Positions 22,406-36,545 of a stretch of 64,000 nt of DNA are shown piece by piece; positions within the stretch are counted from its first letter, which is position 1; the number at the start of each line of letters is the position of its first letter. Location: contig OZ316893.1 in assembly GCA_973895155.1 (NCBI GenBank), positions 20,464,857-20,528,856 of the forward strand. Reading direction: 5' to 3'. The notes under the pieces were generated by a model that ran no database searches, had not been told where the DNA came from, and saw only the letters and a list, made by a program, of their open reading frames with translations. Both the position numbers and the translations under genes were made by a program. The stretch comes from Marsupella aquatica. Taxonomy: Eukaryota > Plantae > Marchantiophyta.

Positions 22406-23826
22406 TTATAAGTATAAGTAAGATTGTAGGGTCCAAATTTAATCCAAGATGAATAGAAAGAAGAGCAATGGGCGCCCCCACATCTTGTAAAGCTTGCACA
22501 AACTATCAAGCTTCCTCTCTGAGTATCGCTGACAAGCACTTAAAGATGGTTCTTTCAGTCTTCCTGAAGAGCTTCTAAAAATCAGTTCTCTTGAGATTTG
22601 TGGAAGAGCTCTTAAATGTTAGTCAGACCCGTTTCGTGACAGTTTAATTTATTCTCGGAAAAATGCAATATAGACTCATTTGGTCCTTTTTAACCTGAGA
22701 TAGTTCTCTTTTGGCGTGCGACTCTGATGCCTTTGGTACCAGTAAATGTCATGAGTCTCTGTTGCCAATCAATGCGATTTGGATACCAATGACAAGCTGG
22801 TGGACAGAGCTTTCTAATGAATATCGAAATTTCCCAGTGAAAGTTCTTGAAGGCCAAGATATGTCTGGTCAAAGCTAAGGCCTCCATGATCCTAGAGAAA
22901 CTAGTGGAGAGTTGAGGCAAGGGAGGGGAGTTATGGATCCAGGTGGGGTTTAAAGGTGGACAGATCAAACGCCTCCCATCACTCACTATCCACAATCCAA
23001 TACCCATACACCTGATTCAAGAGTAAGGCATGATTCCAAATCAAACAGCCGGGCCATGACGCCACTTGACACACTGGAAGACAGGGATCACAAACAGATC
23101 ATGTCATGAAATCACAAACTAATTTAAAATACAAACACATGTATTCAGCTATGTGATTCTGTTCAGTTCCCTCATGCTCTTGTTGCGCCCTTCCCACAAT
23201 CCCATTCCTCCAACACATCTATGCTGAGACATGACAAAATGGAAGACGTGAAAGCTTGATTAGGCAGGTGAACAGGCTCTAACAATAACAGATACACGTC
23301 TATCCTCCACCCTGGGCTGATGGCATCTACGGAGATCTCGCGAAGAATCCCCAGCCTTTCCGGTTCAAGGATCCACAAAAGCTGGTGCCCGAGAACTCTC
23401 AACCCTCATGTACGTAAAACGGTCATGACAATTCCCAGACCAGGGCCGATTTTCTGAGCCATAAAGAAGTCGTCAGTACACGGACGTTTCTTCAAGTGCG
23501 TATCCAGGATCGACCTTTCAATACATACCATTTATGATCTAGGTTGGAACAGATTGACGAACATCGCTCAGAGATCATTCTCGTCTCTTCTAACCTAGCA
23601 TGGCGTCTGATCACCTGCACATGCAAAGTGTGGGGAGAGTATCAGGTCAGTGGACATTACATGAAACTTTGAAACAAACAAATCAAATTCATTCATAATA
23701 AGGGTCCATGCTAGCTGAAATTGCAAGAGGAACGAACATAGATTTCATACCAGACTTTCCTACTAACGCATCACCTTTGAGCTCAGAGTATTCCCACTGC
23801 TTCCTTCAGTTCCGAGTTCGGCTGGG

Positions 23827-26086
23827 CTAGCAAGTATCCATCAGATTACTGCGCTTAGCCATGCTTCTAAACTCTGCAATATTAAGCTGCTTCCAGATTT
23901 TACGTTAGTTACGCCATAACTAGTGTGAGAAAGAAGTTGAAATAATTCTGAGGAATCTGCTTTCTGACATCTGAAGAGTCTTCACCAAAGAAACTGCTCA
24001 CCTGGCCATCACCATCTGCATCGAACATACCAATCATGTCATTTATTTCTTCTTCTTTCCAGATGAAGTCATGTGCAGATGCAGCTTTCTCCAAGTGTCT
24101 TTTAGAGAGGCGTCCTTCCTTATTTCCTGACAAAAGTCAAATTCGGTTGCTAAGGCGTCAGAAAACTAAAGGCCTAATGTCTCCCTCACACTCGTCAAGT
24201 AGATATAAGAGGTGGGAAATTATTATCCATCTCATGCTTAGTCACAATAAGAGCGTTTTGCTTATGGGCCTTCCACGACATTGAGCCATGACCAGCATTC
24301 CCTAAACACCTAGGATTCAGACAGTTATTCCATTGATTACAGAAGAGCGAATCCAGACTACCTAAAGTCTTCACTGAACGAGAGTTGCATAGTATCTGTT
24401 CACCTTTCAACGAATAATACTGACCCATTACAACTGACTACCGGGTTTTAAATCAAGCTCAAGTTATCAAGCTATGGATCTCTTTAATCCATGTTGCCTT
24501 CTGCAACCACACATTAAAATCTTAAAACTGTAGATTAAAATCACGAGAGCCTCATTAAAGGACGCAGGCACGTTTGCTGATTGAGCAAAAGGGTTTAGGA
24601 CTCACCGACTATCGACACGAAAAAAGCATCAATTTCGTTTTCCTCGTACATCAGGCTCTTGCCCCTCTGTGAAAAACAACGAAGTCAGAGATGCTCGTTG
24701 CACAACGCATAGCAGTAAAGTTGTAGATAAGATGCCAGGCTTTCGTCAAGGTTGATCCAAGTCCATTCAGCAGCTTGACAAGATCGTAAAAAATAGTTCA
24801 TACTTTATTCCGCCTCGTTGATGCGGAGTTAGATCCAATCTGGCCTTGAGGGCTTTGAGGGGATGGTTTCGTCCTGGTCCCTCCACTTGAACTGGGTGCC
24901 ATCACATCCACTGTTGATGCGATGGAGAGCGCAAGCGCCTGGATTCGAACACATGGCAAACTTAAATTCACAGGAAAATGTGTCACCGGCAAAACTGGAG
25001 GGTAACGAACAAATTTCAAGTCTTGGAAAGCACAACTGCAGTATGAGGGCGGGGGAGGGGAGGAAGATATTCATTCCCAGGTGGACAAAGTATGGACACT
25101 CAAGCTCCTTCGACTCCAACGAGAAATCTCCGCAAACATATGAAGAACAATAATATCGTAATCAAATTGTAAATTTACCTGTTGAAGGGCCAGATCATCA
25201 TCTCCATCCAGATCCAGATGAACTGGAAGAGGTAGTAGAGCTGGGCTCTTCTCGAACAATTCTGGTGAATTAAGAGAGATAGTCCGCTTCACAGGAGACT
25301 TCAGAGTTCGGCTCCGTGGCCTCTGCACACCGTTGAAAAGATAATCATTGACAGACAAACTGTTGGTTTCTAATTATGCAGGACGTTCACAATGAATGGT
25401 CTGTTTTCCAAATGGCTACCCAAGCCGCATTATAGAGTTTCAATGGGCACCTAAAACAACCGAAAGAGATGATGTAGGAGATTCCTTCATACCTTCACAG
25501 GTGTTGTTTGATTGCGAGAGGGGAGCCGTTTTCTAGAGACCTCTTTTTCTGGCTCGATCTCCGATCCATCCTCTTCCTCAGAGACGTCAGAATCGGAACT
25601 CCCACTGGGTTCGTACTCCACATCCTCCTTCCTTCTGTCCTCAATCTCATCTAATTTGGCTAACGAGATGCTCTTCTTCTTCTTCTTGGCGCTTTGCTTC
25701 GCCTTCCCACCGGATTTAAGCCCATCAGACTTCGACGCTTCGGAGCTGTCACTGCTCCAATCTACAACCTTGGAAGTTTGCATGGAACTGAGGCGCTGTG
25801 ACCTTCTTCTCGCGCCGCTTCTACTCTCCAGGACGGCCAAAGAGATATTCCTCTTCTTCCTAACTGGCACAACCGAAGGCGTAGCAACAGAATTCTTCAG
25901 AGTTGTCGCCAGATCCTTCAGTTGCAGCTTGGCGAGCACTTCCTCGTTTTGTCTGATGGTCTCAAGCCTCTGCCTTTCGTACTCCGTTATTTCCTGGTCA
26001 ACTTCCACTCCTTCTTCTTCTGCTTCTTCTCCTTCTTCTTGTTCTTCTTCTTCTTCTGTGCTGGTGGAGCTGCCTGCCCCTGTCAT
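23827..26086 (-). CDS. Calmodulin-related protein with an acidic/basic N-terminus, a ubiquitin-interacting-like motif and C-terminal EF-hands (6 exons)
   Basis: Exons 26086-25493, 25322-25179, 24938-24804, 24666-24606, 24126-24002, 23886-23827 join in frame. Motifs EYERQRLETIRQN, DDDLALQQALALS (UIM-like), FIWKEEEINDMIGMFDADGDGQLNIAEF (EF-hand). Confidence 0.85.
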
Positions 26087-28421
26087 AGCTTAATTGGACT
26101 GAAATACGTGCTCAACCGGTTGAGTCAGTTCCTCCGACCCCTTCACCTGCTCATCGACTTTTATGTCCGAGAAACGGAATTGGAAGCGCACTGAAACACT
26201 AAAAGCGATAGCAAAAAGAACTTGATCAAACCTGCCAAAACTCAAGAAATTCTTCGTCACGTGCTTACCAATTCTTCTCTCTACGGTTCAGGGTTTAGGG
26301 CTCTGTAGAAACTGCAATTTGACAGTAAGGAGGATGGAAATGAACCTCACTCACTGTAAACGTTTGAACATGCCGACATTCACGGCCAGGAGACGCAACT
26401 ACTCGGTTTTTCCCGCGTTTATTAACGATTTCACAAAGACCTTTCACGAGAGCCACGCCAAGTTTTTCCTGGAATTCCGCACGAGTAAAGAGTTGACCTT
26501 GTGAGGGAAGCCATGTACTGTAGTGAGCAAATACCGAGGACCCCTGGGTCCTTATTTCCCAGTCGATGCACAACGTCAGTGAGCAAAGCACGGTCCTGTT
26601 CCCCGTTGCCCTACATTCAGCGCATGATCACCAGTCCAAGAAGTATGACGTGAGGGACCTGGAACTGGAAGGTGAAAGTTCTGTATTACTGTGAGCTCAG
26701 AGCGTAGCAAGACACACTAAGACAGTAGAATTATGCCGATGTCTCAGTGGAGTTGCGTGAGCTCAACACGGCAGCAAGATTACACAATTCAACCGGAGAA
26801 CGACTACTTCAAAGCAAAGCAATTGCTCTAGAAAATTTTCCTCCGAAAGCCAAAATGGTACAGGACGCAGGAATGCCCCAATCTTAGCCAGCGTTCCCAG
26901 TACGATAACGCCTTGGCGAATACTTGTCAACTTTCTTGGAATTTGCGAAACACAGTGCCTGCTGATCATCTCATAATAAGGAGTAACGAGTACGGAGTAC
27001 TACAGGATGTTCCAGCGACAGTACAGAAGTACGGTGTTGAGGTTTCTCGTTCGCTCTGTCCTCAGGTTTCTGACAATCTGGCAACTTTGCTCGGTTGGTG
27101 GGGGTGGAAGGGGAGGTAGCCGGTTGGGGTGGGGGCCGCCTCCATGTTTTCTACTGGATAGGGCTTTCTGATCTTTTGTTCCTTCGCATGAGGGCTGGGC
27201 ATAGGGGCAGCTCAGGATTTGGAGAAAGTTCTCGACTGAAAAGGCTCTGATATGTCAGCAGTCAGCACTGTCCTTCCTGTATGATTGGCCGGCAGCACTT
27301 CATTGCTGAAGTGGAAATGTAAATTGAAACATGCAAAGTTGCTTCATCCATGAACGAGAGATCTGAAAAGTGTTGGTCGGCTTTTGAGTCTCAGAAGGCT
27401 GGTGCGCTTGAGTTTAGATCTGTGAGTCTGGCCCATGGGGTGAGCTAATGTGAGAGGACGGAGAAAATTTGTCAGTGAGTGTTCTTCTGCCAGAGGTGGG
27501 AAGACTGGGAGATCTACTTTCTGCCAATTCCTCATCGAGTAATTTATGAGTGCAGATTTCTGTCAAGACGGAGAGCAGGGTTGTAGGCTGCTACTAAAGT
27601 CAGGTCAGGTTTTGATGGGGAGCACAAGAGGTGAAGAAAGATTCTAAGACAGTCTCTTTGGGCCGCGATTTTTCTACTGCTGCTCACAGTAAATTGGTAG
27701 GAAGACTACCGAGCGGGCAAAAGTGGAGGTGGGTACTGCTGCTAACCATCGGCTATTCTTCCTCTGTTTCCACATTGGAGCGCACTGACTTTTGCCGTTA
27801 CTACTAGCTTCTGGTCTTCTCTCCCTGATGTGTATAGGCAAGTGGCTTCAGTTTCTTCCGAATCTCTTTGAATGTATAAGTCACCCAAGATGTCCCTCGT
27901 GAAGAATGAAATTTTAAGATCTGATTAGATCTGCCTCAGGAATTAGGAACTTCGGATAGCTATCTTGTTGATTTACTGCGTTTTAGTGAAAGAGATCAGC
28001 CCACCCCTCTGGGGAAAGCGGTTAATTTATTGGACTTCTCTCTGGGGCTGGAAAGCCAGAATGTATATATATTTTCTATTTCTGCTCCCAGGGAGCTACC
28101 GGGCGCATTTCACTCCTACTGCAACTCCTTCTATCCTTCATTAATTCATGTAAGTAGCTGTCAGGCTTAAGAGATATTGCACAGTTTTAGTAAGTACCCA
28201 GCTTTAACGGTGCTGTCCAATTCAAGTGCAAATGTATTGACCAGACGAGATCATGGAGTGTGAATCATGGATGATGGAATGGCTTGAGGGATGACTGCTA
28301 CTCTCACGGTTGGGTGGATTGATTTGCTGGTTGGATTGAGAGATTAATTTGTCATACTTGCTTCCAATTAGCTGCTCTAATTGCTTACCCAAGTGTTACA
28401 CGATTGAAGTAGTTGGGACCG

Positions 28422-30061
28422 ATGGAACCAGCCATGGGAGAGACAGAGATTCAGCCGGAAGAAACGACAGTCACTGTTGACCAGCCAAACCAAGCGACCG
28501 TCCCTTTCGGTGAGCTGGAACAAACCAGAGTCCTCCTGGGAGTATCTCAGTCCACCAAGGGCTATCCACATCCCTCTCAGAGCAGCCTCCATGCTCTTGA
28601 GTGGGTCTTGCAGAAGCTCATCCACAAGCAAAGCAGAAGCCTGTTCCAGTTGCAAATTGTGCACGTCAAAGTACCAGATGAAGATGGTAAGGAACAACTT
28701 ACTGTTAAAATTTTCCTCCTTGTTTACTCCGGTGCGTCACATAACAATGTGATCTTGTAGACTGCTGGGTTAAATCCTTGTAGAATGATATCCGTGATCG
28801 GGATGGAACTGTCGAAGAGAATTAAGGGGACAATACTACAAGAGAGAACAAAATTGGGCATGTAGGCTTGCGTTTGCATTTAGGAAACTCTCAACGGTGA
28901 GAAAAATCAAATAGAAAAATGCACATAGAGGTTATTCACCCATGGGGGGTTGAGCACCCGCGATTCTTAAGAAACTTTGCTGTCATTGCGGACGATCATT
29001 TCAGCAGGCACAAGCACATGGCGGCCAAGCTGAAAAACGTCTATTGGCTTCCAAGCACAGGTATAGATGACGTGGACAGCATCTACGCAACTTTTGCCGA
29101 CTTTGATGCGGCCAAACAGAAGGATTTGGAGAAAAGTTTCAAATTGCTTGAAGTCTTCGTGAACAAATGCAAAGAAGCTGAGGTAAACCGTTCCAACCAC
29201 TCCTCTTATTCTCATCTCCGCTTCAGAGAAAAGAAGTAGAAGAACTTTAATGGCTGGTTATTTGTAAGAGCACTTCCGACTCAGGGACATGAAGAATTCG
29301 TGGTATTGTATGATTTCTTTTCTATGGATGTCCTAGCAATTACAAAGATGAGGTTGTCATTAAGATAAAACAGTCGCCATGTCTATCGTGAACTTAGAGT
29401 CTGTTTACTTCTCCTGCCTCGATGCATGCTACGATCGCAAAATTGAATCTGTGATGATCCTCAAGATCATAGTACAATACCCTGCTCAAAACTATTGCAG
29501 TTTGGCTCCTGGTTGCAATGTCTCATGCAGCCTGCTACTTCCTATTTTCTCAGGTACCTGTTCAAGGATGGGTAAAGATTGGAGACCCAAAAGAAGTCAT
29601 TTGTGCAGAAGTCTTGAGGGTGAAGTCTGACCTGTTGATTCTTGGAAGCAGGGGGCTAGGAACATTACAACGGTAAGATTATACTCGACTAAAACTCCAG
29701 ATCTGACCACAAAATCAACTTGCATCTGTCCAAAGTCCAGTTCCTGCCCTTAAGTTTTAAAAGATTGCATGCGCTAAGCTTTTGACGTGAGCTTCTTCCC
29801 TTGCAAACCATGTTCTAGTTCACCAACTTTACTTCAAGTTCAATACCTAATATTGTTCATGTCCATCATGAACAACATTAGAAACCATAGTAAGCTTTCT
29901 CTGGTGCCTTTCTACTTCAATTGACCTCTCCACTTTCACTATTTCATCACAGGGTTTTTATTGGCGGAGTTAGCAGTTATTGTGCAAAGAAGGTGAAGTG
30001 CCCAGTGCTGATTATCAAAAGAAAGCCAGAAGACATACCTGAGGATCCAAGCGAGGATTAG
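28422..30061 (+). CDS. Universal stress protein A-like (4 exons)
   Basis: Exons 28422-28686, 29061-29182, 29554-29672, 29953-30061. Motifs KGYPHPS, DDVDSIYA, GDPKEVIC, ILGSRGLGTLQRVFIGGVSSYC, CPVLIIKR. Confidence 0.92.
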
Positions 30062-30864
30062 GGATTCTATTGGACAAATGAAGGGCCACAATCTTTCTGG
30101 GTTAGGTTTGATTTCATTAAGTTTTGTCAACACAAATGTTATTTTGTATGTAGAGAGAGTATCTTGTGTGTACATTCTCAGCGGTACATATTCAGCTACT
30201 CCTTACGTCATGTAATTATTGAGAGAACAGCTCGGTGATGAGTTTGGACGAAGTAGTCTCTCCCACATTTATGTTGCAGAAGGCTAAATGATGAATTTCT
30301 ATGGGATAATCGAATTACAATGTAAAAGCATTGAGCACTAGATTATCAAATGTCTCATCGTTGGTATACTATACTCTTGCTTGCTAGCTAGCTTTGATGA
30401 TTGTCAAGAATTGTCAAGATTGTCAATTAAATATGAAAGTGGTTAATTGGAATGGTCTATCTGAGTTACTTGACTACCAGGGCTTTTTTTCTTTAAGTGA
30501 CTTACCAATGCAATCCATCAAATACAGTTCACTGTAAATGATCAAATAGGATCTGTTTCAGCTAGTTAAATGACCAGATACACGTTGAGATGGCTTTTGA
30601 GCCACCCCTGAACTACCCAGACGAAGAAATGGAGATTGCTAAACAGTCGAGGGCCCACCTCAATTGCAGAGTATTTTGACACTGATTCTACCTTCTCAAT
30701 CACAACCTCAACACAGTGAACCTCTCCTTTTGTGGCTCAAGAGGTTGTCCATCTTACATCTCACCCTTCTCTTTCACAGAAAACTCCAATAGAAACCAAA
30801 AACTGGGAATCTATTATGGAGAAAACTGAAGCTCCCGGGGTCATATTTTGGACAAGATGATCAG

Positions 30865-32570
30865 AGAGATAATTACAACTCACATGGACCACTTTGAAAT
30901 CTTACGGTACTCAGTTCAAATCCGTTTTTTGTGTAAATATTCACTGTTCCAGGAATAAAAAATTGCTTAATTACAACTCACGTGGACCACTTTGAAACAT
31001 TAGAGTACCCAATTCAAACATTTTTTTGTACAAATATTCATTGTTTCAGAAATAAAGAATTTGATCCACCCAAAATTTACTTGGTCTGTCTACTGTGGAG
31101 GTCAAACTTTGTGGTTTCATAGTAGCATCAAATTGGGACGGTGGATGTGAATGAAGAATATGCGGAGGTATATGCTTCATGGACCCCCAAAAAGGACCCT
31201 GAGTGATCCTTGATAGATTCCTTGAGTGATTTGGACAGTTGACAGACTTTGATAGACCTTAAATCAACTGCCCAAAACCTCAGGGGTCCCACAAAGTACC
31301 AATTTTCATTTTGATGTCCATCAAGCAAATATCTCAGAATTTATGTGCCATAAAGAAAATACAAATTTAGACACTGAGGGTTTTCAATTGGGTAACAATC
31401 GTCATTTTGAGGTCCATCAAGCAAATATCACAAAAATGATGCTCCCATGGACTATAATGTTGGTTTTTTTGAAACCCGGATGGACCACATTTCCCAAAAA
31501 TGAGTTTAAGTGTAATAACTTGATGTTCATTGTAATCTGGCTTTCTTTTGATAGCAAGTTTCATTGTAATAACTAGCGATGTTCATTGACTAGCGAGCTT
31601 CATTGCGTTGAGCATAGACAACAATCGCAACGGCAAACCCATGAATCATTCAATGCACAAGCGTCGACACAGAGAGATACGTGGTTCACCTCCACATGAG
31701 GCTACGTCCACGGGAACACACAAGAGCTTTACTGCACTCTAGACCGACTGGCCATACCAAACATCCACAACACAAGCTCTCCCTATCTCTCAACTAGCTC
31801 CGTAACAATGAGCCTAAGTTCCCACTCTCCAATCACAGCTTGGTTATAAAATGTGCACAACATGACTAACCTAACCAAATTTGCGACTAAAGTTAGCCTT
31901 AACTACGGTACAGTTGTAACTCTAAACCTAGAGTAAATCCTAACACATTGTAATAACTTGGTGTTCATAAAATGCAAAAAACATTTAGTTTTGAGTATGT
32001 GCTAGAGGAGTAGGCAAGCAAGACTCCATCAAAGGGACATTGAATTATTGGCCACTTTGGTTGAAATATGCATCATGGAATGCCGACGGAATTTTTATTG
32101 TGTTACTATGAAATATAGTGCTTGTGTTTTTTCAATGTCTCTTCCTTTTCTAGTTGCACTGCAGCTAAAGAAAACTAAAATTATTTAAGACTCATAATCA
32201 TCAACTTATAAGCCCAAAAACTTCCTTTTCTAGCTGCCCTGCAGCTAAAAAAAACTAAAATTATTTAAGACTCATAATCATCAACCTATAAGCCCAAAAA
32301 CTTAACACTGACCACATTTAACATGGACCACTAAAAATGTGGCCCACAAGAGCACCCTGGTCCATCAGGAATTCACTTTTCAAATATATCAGAATTTATG
32401 TGCCAATTAATTTAGGACTCATAATCATCTACTTACAAGCCCAAAAACCTAACATGGACCGCGAAAAATGTGGTACATAGGAGCACCCTGGTCCATCCGG
32501 TCTTCACTTTTCAAATATATCAGATTTTCGTGCCATAAAGAAAATGCAAATTTGGACACCGAGGGTTTTG
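30865..32570. repeat. AT-rich repeat region with internal tandem duplications (~99 bp at 30869-31065; ~79 bp at 32143-32305; 32320-32560), interrupted by a solo LTR
   Basis: Visible duplications. The segment GTGCCATAAAGAAAAT..AAATTT.GACAC.GAGGGTTTT recurs at ~31345 and ~32530. Confidence 0.65.
31606..31945 (-). mobile_element. Solo LTR of the copia family with a perfect 5-bp TSD
   Basis: (C/T)GTTGAGCATAGAC...GAGTAAATCCTAACA flanked by CATTG at 31601-31605 and 31946-31950. Strong similarity to 1947-2349. Confidence 0.92.
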
Positions 32571-32794
32571 GGTATACAGACGAATGAGTGGACTGTATTC
32601 TGAATAAGGAAGAAAGCAAGTGAACTAGTGAAGCTCGCTGTCGTCTGCCTCAGAATTACTGAGAGCTTGATTGCTTGCTCCTGTGGAGCGCAAGGAATCA
32701 CGATGCGTGATGTGTTGTAGAGCCTCGCGAAGATCTGTGTGAGTTAGAAAGCTGCCTAGCAGACTCTCTGCTCTGTAATTCTGCCGCCGACGAC

Positions 32795-35551
32795 ATGTTT
32801 TACGACCTGAATCTGGCTGTGGATGGCGTGGGGGACCAGACCAGACGAGAGATGGTGGCGATGGCAATGCAGCTCGGATACACCGGGGTGGCCGTGAACT
32901 ACAGCTTCACGGGCATCATGGCCGACTCAGATCGGTGCAAGATTCGGCCGTTGGAGCTGAAGATGATCTTGTCTGCCGCTCCTGCGGTTGCAGAGTCCGC
33001 CAGGTTCCACCGAGAGCTTCTCGGTGTTCCCCACGGAGGGCCCTTCCGGCAATTCGCCCGGATCACTGTAGTCGTTGATAATCCGGCCCAGGCCAATGCG
33101 TTGAATTCGGGGAATCCTGTGCTGAAGACGTACGATATCGTTGCAGTCCGTCCCACGAATCAGAAGGCTTTCAACCAAGCCTGCTCTCATTCTGAGGTTT
33201 GAACTGGAAAACCCTTGCTTTGCTGATTGTCCGTGCTTACAGTTCGAGCTCATGTTGGAGTTTGGTAGGCTTGGGCTTGTTGAGACCTATTTGTCTATTG
33301 TCTTGTGGTTTTCTGGTTCTCCCTTTGCCCAATCTTTTACCTGCGTAGCACTATCAACAGTGCCTCTGTGCGGTGTTGACGCTCGTATTAAGCAATCAAA
33401 AATCTCAGAAAAGCATCTGAATAAACTCTAGGAGTGTCTGTAGCAAAAGTGAGACAGGTTTTTTGGTGGGGGTACGGGTTTCTGTGCTTACTCCCAAGTG
33501 GAAACCAAATGTAGGGGTCTCAGAGGTTTTGGGTTTACGGGCTTGAAAGGGCTTTTCTTTGTATTTGCTCACATGCCAGGGTTTAATGACTGCAGGTCGA
33601 TATCATTTCATTGGATGTAAGCCAAAAACTTCCATTTCGCCTAAAGATGCCGATCGTGAAGGCGGCAGTAGAGGTAACTTGCACTATTGTTGCCTGGTTA
33701 TTGTGTTCGGTGCGGCATTTACCGGGGGAATTCTGTAGCTAACTCCTGAAGTAATGTCGATAAGAAAGGCATTGTTCATCCCCTGCCCGTGGTTCTTGTT
33801 GCTCATGGACAATCGACGATTCATTTGTGTCCTTTCTTTAAATGTGGGAAGGTGATTTTGTGTTGTTCTGATGTTCACTAGTTTCATCTTGGACTTGTTG
33901 CCTTTAAGACAAGATTGTAAAAGCAATTGAGGAAATGGATTACTGATAGAGATTTTGGCTGTTTTCTACGCATGTGGTTGCTCTGCATTATGTTTCCTGT
34001 TTCTACCTAATTCCAATTAGATATGATATAGTGAGCAATGGCCCCTCAAGGAGAGTTTCACTGAAGCAAACGATTTTCTAGACCTTGAGACTCTGTGTTT
34101 TTAGAAGCTGAAAATATCTGAATGCTCTGTGCAGCGTGGGATCTATTTTGAAGTATGTTATGGGCGTACAATTTTTGATCCCAAAGCGAGACGGGAGTTA
34201 TTTGCAAATGCCCAGGTACCTTTTCTTCTAATGTGCTTTCATTGTTCTTGTTCTTAGACCTCCTTAGTATGGGCATTGGTTAAATTTCCAAGCTTTTAAG
34301 TCTGCTTATTTATTCAGTCTTGTTACCCTGCTGGATAGTAACATGATGGGTTCTATCTAGGTGGGCAGGTGCTGTTAGCAGCAGCACGTGGTCGCAATAT
34401 CGTTGTGAGCAGTGGTGCACGCAGGCCTCTGGAACTGAGAGGACCAAATGATGCGGCCAACATGTCCACCCTCTTTGGACTCAATTTGGAATCGGCCAAA
34501 GCTGCTGTTTCACGCAACTGCAAGTAAGCTCCCCATTGTCAATCTCTTTAAGGGTGCTCGATGTCGAAATACGTTACTGTTCAGATTGCCTTGGTGGAAC
34601 TAACTAGGTTTTCTCTCTGCGGGCTCTCGTGCACCCAGCCAGACAAGAAAGCCCTACTTTCTGTATGAGTAATCAATCGCAAAGCCTGTATTTGTGTTGC
34701 CTCTAGTCGCTACTTCCGCTGGTGGACTATTCAATTGTTCCAAGTCTTTAGTTGAAGATCATGCCTGCCATGACGCCAGAGTGGACTGTTCTCAAGTCTG
34801 TGAGGAGCTTCACCAAGGAGGTCTCCCTCGGAAAAAGATTGGCTCGACGCGTACTCACAGCGTTTGCACGGAGATGATTAGAACCTTGTTTTCTGAGGCA
34901 CTTTTGGACTCACATTGTCGTTCTCTTTGTCATATCAGAGCAGTGCTCATGCATGGACTTATGCGGAAGGCTACCCATAGGGCCGCTATCCACATTACCC
35001 ACACAATTGCCACAGAGAATCCTGTTGATCCTGAGAACTTGTTCAATGTTCCCATGGATTGGGACCCTTTGTCCCTTGGAGGGGCATCTGCTGATTTCAT
35101 CCCCATGGACAAAACCCCTGAAGTGGTATTGAAGAAGGATTCTCCTCCAAACGCCATAATTGGCATGACTGAAAGAAGAATTACTGGTACTGAGTCGGGA
35201 GGAGACTCTAGTTCTTTATCTGCTGCTTCGAAGGCTGGTGGCAAGAGTTTTGACTATGAGAAACAAACTCATATCCGGCAGCAGGAAGAAATAGCCCTTC
35301 AAGACAAGGCTGAGGGTGGCTCAAAGGTGACCGCAAGTCAGGCACGTGATCTTCTGACCGGAGGATTAAACTTGCACAGCAATGTTAGAGACCCCGTCGA
35401 AGCTTTTCCAAGTGCTAAGAAACAAAGTACGCTGCCCGGTCCAGTGATTGCCGTTCGAAAGCAGGAAATCAGAGACAAACAGAAGGAAGTGGAAACAAAC
35501 GTGGAGAAACTAGGCTCAAAGAAAGGAAAGAAAAGGAAGCGGAAAAAATAA
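32795..35551 (+). CDS. RPP30: RNase P/MRP subunit p30 (GAF1-like) with a low-complexity C-terminal tail and basic NLS (5 exons)
   Basis: Exons 32795-33196, 33596-33673, 34135-34215, 34369-34523, 34939-35551. Motifs MFYDLN, LGYTGVAVN, YDIVAVRP, VDIISLD..KLPFRLK, RGIYFEVCY, RGRNIVVSSGA..ELRGPNDAAN. Confidence 0.93.
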
Positions 35552-36385
35552 GCAAGGTCCCTTGAGGGTGGAAGGCCCTTCTACTGCGAGCCTTGTCCGT
35601 TTAGTTATCTCAAGCTATTGGGGGAAGTTCTAGTAGCACGCTACTACACAGTTAACTGTCAAAATGCTCCAGACAAGTGAATATTTGGAAGCATAGGAAA
35701 CTACAAATAGCTGATCCCTTTCCAAGTTTTGACCGACTTCCAAATCACCACATTTAATTCCCCCATTAGACGGCCACTATGTCGTGACCCTGCAGGGGGA
35801 ATGTCAAGATGCCAATAAAATCAAACGTTCCGAGTGTGTTCTCCTTGTGTATGCTAATTTGATATCGATTTGCCTAAGTAAACGCCTAATTACCGTATGC
35901 ATGATAGAGGCGTGTGTGGCACATGCGTCATCATTGCGATGTTTCAGAGATTCTGAAATCTGAATACAAGGGACTCGAAACTTGGAAGCTTCCAAAGGGG
36001 GTAACATCTGAGCGGAAACAGTCTTACTCAACATTTTAGCAGAATTAGGATGGGTGCGTGGCCGATACATATGAGCAGAATTAATATGGGTTCCTGGCCG
36101 ATGTTTAGCATTGAAGTGATACTTCGTGACACCTTCAATCTCATACAGCCTACAGGATCTTCGAGTGACATTGGCCTCCCACGGGATCTTCATAACCCGA
36201 AACGAACTCCGAAAGCATGATCCGAACTTGAAGCTTATTATCTGAAGGGAACCAAGTTAATATGTTGTGACATAAAGGTAGGATTGACTGCCGAGGAGTT
36301 CTTCGACTAGAAATGTCGTCGGAAACAGGATGTTTCCACCAAATCAGACATATGCGCGCAACATAGTAAATAGAGAAGGCGTGCT

Positions 36386-36545
36386 GCTACGCGGATCAGA
36401 ATGTAGTTGGTCGATGGTATTACAAGAACATTTGATAGAAGTAAGAGGAAGAGGAAGAGGAAGAGAAATTTCATGCTACGCGGATCAGAATGTAGTTGGT
36501 CGATGGTATTTACAAGAACATTTGATAGAAGTAAGAGGAAGAGAA
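36386..36545. repeat. ~90-bp tandem duplication between the convergent RPP30 and GRAS 3' ends
   Basis: GCTACGCGGATCAGAATGTAGTTGGTCGATGGTATT(T)ACAAGAACATTTGATAGAAGTAAGAGGAAGAG occurs twice. Confidence 0.9.

Noticed and set aside
24935-24955. GTTCGAATCC B-box-like motif (tRNA?)
   Set aside because: Lies at an intron acceptor of the EF-hand gene; no cloverleaf or A-box.
25512-26093. 193-aa plus-strand ORF
   Set aside because: Antisense shadow of the Glu/Lys-rich EF-hand exon 1.
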